DNA of 64,000 bases from Nemertoderma westbladi (lineage: Eukaryota; Animalia; Xenacoelomorpha), in contig JAUCBJ010005949.1 in NCBI GenBank assembly GCA_032718475.1, positions 1-64,000 of the forward strand. Reading direction: 5' to 3'. The notes below the pieces were generated by a model. It was not told where the DNA came from, ran no database searches, and saw only the letters and a program-made list of their open reading frames with translations. Shown here one piece after another: positions 39,782 through 50,437 of the stretch. Position 1 is the first letter of the stretch. Each line of letters starts with the position of its first letter. Both the position numbers and the translations under genes were made by a program.

Positions 39782-42449
39782 ATGGTTATTCCGAAGGCCG
39801 CTAAACCTGCGGCTAAGGATTGCAGCAGTTCCCCTCTCCTACTAACTCGACAATCGTATGCAAGACGTATTGCTAGAAGGGAGTCGCTTGGGCTGCAACG
39901 CAAACCATTGTTAGTCGAGTCATCGAAAAAGGGGCGCGGAGTCAAGAGTAAATTCGCACTGAAACCCGAACCAACAGACGGTATAATCCGTGGAGAGATC
40001 AACTCGGACTTTATCAAACTAGATAACTCAGTCAACACAAGCAATGTCTATGAAGCATTGAGCTCGCCTACGAACTCCACTGGTTCGTTACCGCAGTCAC
40101 CTGACACCAGCGCTCAGTTCGATACGGAATTTGCCGGAACCGAAAAGAGTAATGCGAACAGGGGAATAAACAGCTGCGAGTTCCACACCAATTCGTTAGC
40201 CAAACTCGATCCCGAGGAACTAAACTCCCTCATCAGATCCTATCTGCAAGAAGTCCCCGCTTGACAGCGGGATACTTACTGTAAGAATCTTCAGGATACA
40301 TTACATTGACTGACATACTGACTGACTGATAATTATCTAGGTTAAGGCACTTCCTGCCTGGCGATTTTGATGAAATTTTGCAAGTACATTGCTTTTGAGG
40401 TTCATAATCGCGTTACAAAATTTCAGATCGATTCTATGTGTGGTATTCGATATATTTAGTTTTTTGACATTGTTTTGTCGCGAAATTAAAAGCAATGGTA
40501 AAATAACAGCTGGTGTTCATGATGAAATATGGCTTAATATGTTATACACAGTCATAGAAAAACGTGTTGGTTGCCAAGTTTTACTAGTAGGCTATAAGGA
40601 AAGGCAATGTTTACTCACACATAAGCTGTTGGTTTCTAATGTATTACCCCATAAGCTGATTGCTCTCCCAGTGCTTCCTAAGGGTATATCTACAATGAGG
40701 TTACTCACTCTGCTATATTAGGGGGTGGATCAGGAGAATGAATTTTAGTTACACAAAGCAGTGTGTTGTGTCCTATTGCAGTCGATACTCACTGTGGATT
40801 GCAAAATGTTTTATAGTTGACCTACACTATAATACAGTAGTTGCATGCATTTAAGGAGCCCGCTCTGGCCTACCGCCTAAGGAGTACCTATATTACATAT
40901 TCACATAGAATTCACTGGGAAGAGATATTCCGCTTGACGACGGGGTAATACCTATAGAAGGAAACTAAATTTGTTATTTGGCTCTATTCGTTGTTATTTA
41001 TCTGGTTGTGCATCATGGGCATTTTTTATAAATATTCGGTGATCGCATCTTATATCTTGTAAACGTGCTTGATAATGAAATTATTTGCTTCATATTATAT
41101 TTTTGTTAGTGGTAGCTAAGTTGCATTTTTTATTATGTGGGGCGAGCCACAAAGTCAGCTAGCCTCACGCCTTGCAGTTTAGACAATTTTAGTTTACTTA
41201 CTGCTGACTGACATAGTTCTTTGTAATAGTCTTGGCTAGGATTTTTCCCCCGGGCTCCTTCCAGCCAGCTTGCTGGCTTTCTAGTCGTTCTAGTCGTTCT
41301 AGTTCGACATCGCGAATGAAAAAGGTGTATCTTTAGAAGGCCTTAAAAACGACTTCATCTCTGCAGTGTCTGCGCTGCAAGCTCGTATCTGTATTGTCGA
41401 GACTAATAACACAAAACTCAACGAACGCCTATGTACCGTAACCGACGAACTTAGTATTGAAAGGCACAAACGGATCATAATAGAGAACCAACTAGACAAA
41501 CTGAAATCGAAACAGTCACCTATGGATAATAAATCAAATCAGCTGATAAATAACGTAGTACGAACAACAATCATACCCTCCATTAATAGACACCCAGATC
41601 CGGATGCATGGGCTGATAATTCTGACAAAGACGATGAAGAATATTTAATCGTTGATGCCATCGAATCTCCGCCAGCTAAGCTTAAAACTAATAACCCGCC
41701 TACATACAAAGACCAGTCACTTAAAGAACCCAGCATCCAAACCAACGACAGGGAATGGACAACTGTTGGCCCGAGAAACAATAAATTAATAGCGGCCCAC
41801 ATTGAGTCAACCTCTGCTCCCCTACAAAGCAATAAATATTCAGCGACTCATAGCCAAACCAACACAAAAAAAACCCCAATCCGATCAGAGGCCAGCACTA
41901 AAACTACAGTGTGCGGAGTCAAGAAAACTGCAAACTCTATTCATCAATAGAATTTCTCGGAAAAATAATGAGGATGATATCATAGAATATCTGCGGGTTC
42001 GTAAAATACGGGTCCATCGTATAACAACTAGAATATCCCGGGACTCAATCAATATTCGATTAATAGTGGACCAAGAAGACTCGGTGATGGTTAAACAAGC
42101 CGGTTTCTGGCCGGATGGAATAACATGCAGCGACTGGCAGTACAACACCAGATACGTGGAACAACAACACCGACATCGCAACGATCGTGATTACCACGGA
42201 CAAACCTCGCGGCGAAGAGCCCCTAACGGGGGGTACGAATTGGATCGCAACCAAAATGCGCAACCCCAACAACATTCGCCGGAACGTGGTGTGCCAAACA
42301 ATCGCCATGGCACCAAGATCACAATGATCAACATACATGGCATCGAGATCCCCACCAACAGGACCAGTATTCTCGCGAACGTGGCACTTATTATCAATCT
42401 CCACTTGAACAGGATCGATACGCACAATGCCCGAGCGAACGCACGCTGA
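39782..42449 (+). pseudogene. LINE ORF1 in pieces (39782-40260 tentative; 41303-41950; 41802-42449)
   Basis: Coiled-coil (LQARICIVETNNTKLNERL), EWTTVGPR, and an RRM-like LFINRIS...DIIEYL...FWPDGITC segment; frameshift at the A-run near 41870. Confidence 0.6.
40262..41303 (+). mobile_element. ~1-kb AT-rich insertion in LINE ORF1, possibly a non-autonomous Helitron
   Basis: Breaks the coding-like sequence; right end has the hairpin AGCCAGC-TT-GCTGGCT followed by CTAG repeats. Confidence 0.35.
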
Positions 42450-42500
42450 GGCATCGGGTTTAACCCGCACAAAACCCAGGATAGCGGAAACAGCAAACCA

Positions 42501-45457
42501 GTGAGATTTAGCACCTTCAACACCAGAGGATTTGCAGGCAACACCGAATATATTGACAAACTGCTTGGCGAGTGTGACTTTCTCGCTCTCCAGGAACACT
42601 GGCTGGACGACTTGGAATGCAAAACCGTTCTAGAACCCCTGAACGACAAGTTCCACTGCGTATATGCGGTCAGCCCTCTGATGGAGAACCAATACCACAA
42701 ACGTGGTGCTGGTGGGGTCGCGCTCTACTTTAGGAAGGACCTGGTGCGGACATGGTCACGGGTGGATGGCAGTGATGGTATCGTCGGTATCATTGCTAAC
42801 CTGAACAATTGCAATCGGTCTATTATAGCGCTATCGTGCTACGCACCAGACCAATCCAAGGACGCAGCCCTGTACGACAGTTTTCTGGGTCGCATACACT
42901 CGGAAGTTACTCGGTATTCGGGATGTACCCCCATATTACTAATGGACTGTAATGCCGACTTGGAAAACCTGCAGGGATCAAGAGGTCAGTTATCGAGTAA
43001 AAAGGCGAATACCAGAGGGCTACATCTCGACAGCTTCCTCAACAGCAATGGTTTGTGTGTCGCCGACACACAGCCCGTTTACTGGGCCAATAATAACATT
43101 TCGCGGTCAAGGCCAAAATACCAGTTCGTATATTGACCACATTGTGATGTCTGCCGACGGTGGTGGGCTCATCAGAAGCGGGGGCGGGTGTGTGTATCGT
43201 GATGACCCTGCTAACAACCATTCGGACCACGCAGCAGTTCTAGCTACTTTTGATCTCGCAACACCATATGACTACACGGAGGACAACAAGGGTCCAAATA
43301 AGTCAAAGCGGCGTCAAATAAAATTCAACTGGGACAAAGCCACATCTGAAGGCAAACATAAGTACAAAGAAGCCATAGACGTGGCGATCGCAAAGTTAAT
43401 TGATGATACCAAGGGACTCTGTGACATTGATGCAATAAGTAACTGTATGGAATCGTTGCAGAGCTCGGTGGTTGTGGCAGCCACATCATTTATCCCAATA
43501 ATAAAACAGCTGCGGCCCACCACAAACACTTGCATACGATCGAAGCTCGTACAAGCGAGTTCCAGAACAACACAGGACTTGTACAAATTATGGAGTGTTA
43601 CTGGACTGGACCCCAAGGATCAACTCGGTTCGGTTTTCAAAGATAAGAAACTTTCTCTCGCGGAACATGGTACGCAATTCAACGAAGAAATGGTCGAGGA
43701 ATTTCAGTTCCCATCCCCGCAAATTCTGGACCAATGTGAACCGAACCAGCACCACAAGTGCACCGCCAACCATGGAATCGGTACTGCGATCCAACTACAC
43801 TACCAAGTTTAGTGGGGACCACGGTCTGAGTGATTCTCTCAGAACCGATTTAAAGGAAGCCTGTGACACCAGCGTTCTACCTCAAATATCGCCTCTGGCG
43901 GTCAGACGAGCCGTCGCCTCTCTCTCGACAAGAAAATCGCCGGACTTTTCCTCGCTAACTGCCGAGCACATTCTGTATATGAATCCGGAGCCGATATGCG
44001 AGCTTCTAGCCGTTGTAATAAATACCTGTTTTGAACGGAAACAAGTACCAACGTAGTTTGGCAACTCAGTAATCTCGAGTCTGTACAAAGGAAAACAGCG
44101 GGATCTATTTTGTACAGGGTCTTACAGACCAATTGCCTCGATTAGCATCTGGGCAAAGGTCTTTGAGCGGGTGATACTTGCAGAGTTTCTGGGCGGTATA
44201 AAACTACACGACAATCAGACGGCGTATCGCAGCAGGATTGGGTGCGACATCGCCATAGCTAAAGTTCTGGAATGCATTGAGAGTAACTTAGTGAGAGGGT
44301 CCCAATTGTACATCTGCCAGCTAGACATAGAGGCTGCGTTCGACTCCGTGGACTATGTTACATTGGGTCGGAAGATGATGGAGTTCGTTAACCCTCACAT
44401 CGTCACCACCGTGCTCAACTACTACATGGTCAGCACCTTGTACCTAAAGTTCGACGGCCTGATTGATCGTGACGGAATCTCTGTTCGACGAGGCGTTAAA
44501 CAGGGATCCTTGTTATCACCGATCCTATTCAACCTGTACACAAGAAGCATACTGGACAACCTAGAGGAATCCCATGTGGGATATACAATCAATTCAATCT
44601 GGTTGGGAGCAATATCATATGCAGACGATTTCTTACTAATGACGAACAATCCAAAAGATATGGAAACTCTATTTATGGTATTCAGCAAGTCCGCCAATGA
44701 TATAAAACTGTCGGTCGAATCTAGTAAAATTAAGTGGACGGTATTTTCGAACCAAAGGAATTGCCACCAACCGTCCTTCCTCCAGCTTGGCAAACCGCTG
44801 TTCCTGCCCAGTAAATCCTGGACCTTCCTCGGCTATAACCTGGCCGAGTCGCAAACCAACCCTCTGGGCGCCTTGGACCAGAAGATAGTCGCCCTCGCAC
44901 GGATGTTCCAGGCGAAGGGCTGGATGACCCGGTGGCTGCCGGCGGCGACCGTTGCCAACCTGTGGCGCGCCGTCGCTCTACCGGAAGCCCTGTACACATT
45001 GAAACTCAACATCGGGGCGTTCACTCAAACTGAATTGGGAAAACTCGACGTGGTTTACAGGAACGCCCTCAGGAGTCTGCTGTGTGTTGGACCGTACATT
45101 GGGAACTCAACACTCTACCACCTAACCCAGCTGAAACCCATCTCGCTGGAGGCCTTCCGGCTATCGGTTGGTACACTCGTGCAGTACAACGAGTGCCTCA
45201 ACAAAGCCCTCCAGAGCGCGTTTGCATCCCTGGCAATCGCCAGCCTGTCCGGGAGACGGGGGAGAGGCTCCTACCCAGGGGTTCTTGGCGGATACAGAGC
45301 CGCCTCCACCGAGCATCCTCTACCACGGCTCGAGTCCATTCTAATGTACCGCTACGCGAAGGACTCCAGCGTAAACCGGATGGTTATGGGCGCGCGACCT
45401 TCACAGATATTGGGAACGCTGATTTCATTGCGGCCTGCTTCGACCTCCAATCGCTGA
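42501..45457 (+). pseudogene. LINE ORF2 (APE endonuclease plus RT) with frameshifts near 43075 and 43600 and a stop at 44054-44056
   Basis: FNTRG, LQEHWL, GGVAL, DCNADL, YIDHI, SDH; QTAYR, LDIEAAFDSV, GVKQG, YADD, FLGY. Confidence 0.88.
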
Positions 45458-46322
45458 CATTGCGGGAAAAACTGAAACGAATAAAGGAATTTTATGCCAT
45501 CATTTAGTCGTATTTTAATCGGTTTTAGATCGATTTTTACTGCATTTTTAGCTAGATCATTTTATTCGGAATATTCAATAACGTTAATTCAATTGTTTTT
45601 ATTCATTTCACGCTCTATGTCGTGATTAATCTACTTTTCATTGTGAATTGATTGTAAATGTATGTTGTAAATTTTATTGACCGTATTGTCGGCTAGTCCG
45701 AATTAAAGAGTATAATAAAAAATAATTATTATAGAAACATATCGGCGTGTGGGAAACCAAACGTGACACCACAGGACAACCTATACGTTTTGATCTTAAT
45801 TACACGATAAATGTGCGTGTGAGACGCAAACGTGATCCCACAGAACAAACATAACAGGAGATTATTCACAGACCAGCTGTAGAAATTTTATGCCTTATTG
45901 CAAAATAGTAAAGATTTCTTTAACAAAATAACTCGTGCAGTTTAATTAGTCATTTATCGTTTATTCTTCATTAAAAATGCAAATACAGTACCGGTATGTA
46001 GGCCTACAGTAACAGGTAAATATTACTTTCTTCAATAATTATTATATATTACAAATAGGACTAGTACAGAGAAATAGAGATTAGATTTATTGCACATCAT
46101 TAATTATAATTAACTAAATTAAATGACAATTTATTCTTCAGCATAATAAGAATCAATTTTACAACAGTAGATTATATCAATATAATATAATATAATATTT
46201 ACTTACAATACTGTAGTGGTACAGTATATCACAGTGAAAAAATACTTGTATAATGATTATTATAAACAATCGTATAGCAAATAGCTTCCTTTATAAATTA
46301 ATAATGAAATTAAATTATTTAA

Positions 46323-48572
46323 CCGTTCCGAGGATGGAGGCAGTAAGACAGGGCGGGGTCCATGGTTCCGAGGATAGAGGCAGTAAGAAAGGGCGGCAGT
46401 AATACAGAACGGGGTCCATGGTTTCGGGGATGGAGGCAGTAAGAAAGGGCGGGGTCCATGGTTCCGAGGATAGAGGCAGTAAGAACGGGCGGCAGTAATA
46501 CAGAACGGGGTCCATGGTTCCGGGGATGGAGGCAGTAAGAAAGGGCGGGGTCCATGGTTCCGAGGATGGAACCAGTCAGACAGAACGGGATCCATGGTTC
46601 CGGGGATGGAGGCAGTAAGACAAGGCGGGGTCCATGGTTCCGGGGATAGAGGCAGTAAGATAGGGCGGCGTCCATGGTTCCGGGGATAGAGGTAGTAAGA
46701 AAGGGCGGCAGTAATACAGAATGGGGTCCATGGTTCCGGGGATGGAGGCAGTAAGAAAGGGCGGGGTCCATGGTTCCGAGGATGGAACCAGTCAGACAGA
46801 ACGGGATCCATGGTTCCGGGGATGGAGGCAGTAAGACAAGGCGGGGTCCATGGTTCCGGGGATAGAGGCAGTAAGATAGGGTGGCGTCCATGGTTCCGGG
46901 GATAGAAGCAGTGAGACAGGGCGGTGTCCATGGTTCCGGGGATGGAGGCAGTAAGAACAGGCGGGGTCCATGGTTCCGAGGATAGAGGCAGTCAGACAGG
47001 GCGTGGTCCATGGTTCCGGGGATAGAGGCAGTCAGTCAGGGCGGGATCCATGGTTCCGAGGATAGAGGCGGTAAGATAGGGCGGCGTCCATGGTTCCGGG
47101 GATGGAGGCAGTAAGAAAGGGCGGCAGTAATACAGAACGGGGTCCATGGTTCCAGGGATGGAGGCAGTAAGAAAGGGCGGGGTCCATGGTTCTGAGGATG
47201 GAACCAGTCAGACAGAACGGGATCCATGGTTCCGGGGATGGAGGCAGTAAGACAAGACGGGGTCCATGGTTCCGGGGATGGAGGCAGTAAGAACGGGCGG
47301 GGTCCATGGTTCCGAGGATAGAGGCAGTCAGACAGGGCGTGGTCCATGGTTCCGGGGATAGAGGCAGTCAGACAGGGCGGGATTCATGGTTCCGAGGATA
47401 GAGGCGGTAAGATAGGGCGGCGTCCATGGTTCCGGGGATGGAGGCAGTAAGACAAGGCGGGGTCCATGGTTCCGGGGATAGAGGCAGTAAGATAGAGTGG
47501 CGTCCATGGTTCCGGGGATAGAAGCAGTGAGACAGGGTGGTGTCCATGGTTCCGGGGATGGAGGCAGTAAGAACGGGCGGGGTCCATGGTTCCGAGGATA
47601 GAGGCAGTCAGACAGGGCGTGGTCCATGGTTCCGGGGATAGAGGCAGTCAGACAGGGCGGGATCCATGGTTCCGAGGATAGAGGCGGTAAGATAGGGCAG
47701 CGTCCATGGTTCCGGGGATGGAGCCAGTCAGACAGAACGGGATCATGGTTCCGAGGATGGAGGCAGTAAGAAAGGGCGGGGTCCATTGTTCCGAGGATAG
47801 AGGCGGTAAGATAGGGCGGCGTCCATGGTTCCGGGGATGGAAGCAGTCAGACAGAGCGGGATCCATGGTTCCGAGGATAGAGGCAGTAAGAAAGGGCGGG
47901 GTCCATTGTTCCGAGGATAGAAGCAGTGAGACAGGCCGGTGTCCATGGTTCCGGGGATGGAGGCAGTAAGAATGGGCGGGGTCCATGGTTCCGAGGATAG
48001 AGGCAGTCAGACAGGGCGTGGTCCATGGTTCCGGGGATAGAGGCAGTCAGACAGGGCGGGATCCATGGTTCCGGGGATGGAGGCAGTAAGAAAGGGCGGG
48101 GTCCATGGTTCCGAGGATAGAGGCAGTCAGACAGGGTGGGGTCCATGGTTCCGGGGATGGAGCCAATCAGACAGAACGGGATCGATGGTTCCGGGGATGG
48201 AGGCAGTAAGAAAGGGCGGGGTACATGGTTCCGGGGATGGAGGCAGTAAGAACGGGCGGAGTCCATGGTTCCTGGGATGGAGGCAGTCTGACGTGGGGGT
48301 CGGGGTCCATGGTTCCAGGGATGGAGACAGTAATGACAGGGCGGGCTCCATGTTTCCGAGGATAGAAGCAGTAAGACGTGGCGGGGTCTATGGTTCCAAG
48401 GATAGAGGCAGTAAGAAAGGGAGGCCTCCGTGGTTCCGGGGATGGAGGCCTTACGACAGGGCGGGGTCCATGGTTCTGGGGATGGAGGCCATCAGTCAGG
48501 GCGGGGTCCATGGTTCCGGGGATGGAGGCAGTAAGAAAGGGCGGGGTCCATGGTTCCGGGGATGGAGGCAGT
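46323..48572. repeat. ~40-bp GC-rich minisatellite, ~55 units, with block repeats
   Basis: Unit CCATGGTTCCG(G/A)GGAT(G/A)GAGGCAGT(A/C)AGA(A/C)AGGGCGGGGT; diverges towards the right end. Confidence 0.95.
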
Positions 48573-49014
48573 AATAAACTGTGTGTAGACGAGGATGTGG
48601 AGACGAGTTCCGATATCCTTGACGAAGATTGCTTCATCTCAGGACCGGGACGCCGAGGATCTCCAAGTCCACAAGGAGTACCACAGTCTGCTACTTCCTG
48701 ATACTTCAGGATCTTTAGGGATTCGGCCTCCTCCAACAATACGGCCTCTCTCGGTGACACTCTGGGTGTAAAAGCTGGGTGCATAAAGAGTGTTTACGAT
48801 AGTAGCTTCCCAAACCTGGGATGGGGCTGCGTCACAATGGGAAGAGTATAACGGCCATCCGCGCTGCAGAAAGTGGTCGGGTTGCAGTATGTAACTGGCG
48901 AGTTTCAGACAGTGGTGTGCTGAGGTTGTAACGGGTGAGTTACAGACAATAATAAAGGGTATATAGCGGATGAGTTACCGATAAAGGTCGGGGATACCGT
49001 CCTGTTACGGACAG

Positions 49015-49741
49015 TTACAGACTGTGGTCGGGCTCCTCTACAGTAACGGTTTCCATTTCGCTGTAGGTTTCGCCGATGATTCTTTCGCGTTTACCCATGA
49101 ACGGTTTCCAGCCATCAGTTCCTTCTCCTGTGGAATACTTCTTACGTTCCATCACAAGACACGGACCCAAATGTTTCTCCTTTAGCAGTTCGTTGCAACA
49201 ACCTCTTCCACCATCTGGATAATACTTATGTTGTTTAGCCTTGCAGTCACCGATGTGTAGCAAAATCTTTTCACCACTTTTACGATATTCCTTGTGGAAC
49301 AATGCCAGGGAATCACATGGTAAAGTATCTGGTGGCTGCCCCACAGGGTATGTAGGTTCAACAATCACAATGTTGTTTGTGTTATCAACACCCATACATC
49401 TCATGCGATCAGTTTCGAATGTCAGTAGCGAATAAAATCGTTTTGACAAAGAACCCCATATTCTATGTTCATATATGTATTGAGTTATTATCGTTTCCGT
49501 TGGAGGACTACGATGCCCCTCGTTCTCATAACTTTGGAAGGTTATATCGTTATTGTCTTTGTCGCACTCCAAGTATTGTGCGTTGTAACCTTTTTTTAAC
49601 AATTTTCGTTTCACTTTTAAATTTACTTTCGTTATAAATTCTTATTTTATCTCCCTTTCTTCCTGTCCATTTGCATTCATCATCTTTCTCTTCACAGACA
49701 CCCGGACAACAACATAGGCATTTCTTCAGAAATTTCGCCAT
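49015..49741 (-). pseudogene. Intronless ~241-aa gene with a one-base frameshift; candidate IL-1/IL-18-like beta-trefoil protein
   Basis: ORFs 49550-49741 and 49015-49614 join if one base of the T7 run at 49591-49597 is removed (..ETKIVKK|GYNAQYL..). It is not transposon-like and has an upstream TATA. Family assignment is by eye only. Confidence 0.55.
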
Positions 49742-49883
49742 TAATAAATTATTTTTAACACCACAATACAGTCACAATGTTGTGGTACAGTAGAATTGAT
49801 TACAAATTGGAGCACTGTATTAATTATTATTGATGTAACTTTTAAAATATTATTTTTGACAGATTTTAGGTTAGCGAATCCTG

Positions 49884-50019
49884 TATTTATAAAGGCGAGA
49901 TTGGTATTGGGATTCTTTTGGGATTGTTTATCACCCGTATTATTGATATTGAATGGGACTTTACCGTAATGGTGCCTATATGTATGTACTCTTTGTGTGG
50001 GTGGTTAAGATAAGATAAG
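49884..50019 (-). promoter_or_regulatory. Putative Pol II promoter of the 49741 gene
   Basis: Minus-strand TATAAATA at 49884-49891; two CCAAT boxes at 49900-49910; GGGACTTTAC (kB-like) at 49955-49964; tandem AGATAA at 50008-50018. Confidence 0.5.
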
Positions 50020-50437
50020 CGTAGTTAGTTAGTTATAGTTCTATTTTTATACATTACCTCAGTACCTGCAATAAACACACTGACGTCCTAATGAATTAAT
50101 AATCTCCTTATTCTTTCTACAGTACTTACAGTGGCAACGATCAGACACTCTGGCTGGACAGTGGCTAGGCTGCCTGGCATAACAATAATTAAACAGGTAA
50201 ACAATAGAGTCTTATACACCCCACAAACAATAAAAAAATCATAGAATAAGGACATTACGCCCAAAATACTCGTCCTTCGGGCCATCAACAAACCACAAGG
50301 GGCATAAACAAAAAAAAACAACAAACAAAAATCAAATATATTAAAAATGCTCAACATACAGGTAACCACCATAAACTATAAATGATATTATACTTCACAA
50401 AAGCTAAGCCTATATTCTAAAAGAAAATATATGACAT

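Larger units (their letters stand above)
39620..45725 (+). mobile_element. Near full-length, decayed non-LTR retrotransposon (RTE-group, RTEX-like; 5' end approximate)
   Basis: ORF1 fragments, APE endonuclease and RT fragments, 3' UTR and a TAA-rich tail. The clade call rests on recalled motif patterns (GVKQGSLLSPILFNLY...SHVGYTI...YADD). Confidence 0.8.

Noticed and set aside
46260-48574. Pro-rich ORFs on both strands
   Set aside because: Derived from the 40-bp minisatellite (not a multiple of 3).
49585-49600. Programmed -1 ribosomal frameshift
   Set aside because: The shift needed is +1 and no in-frame X XXY YYZ heptamer is present.
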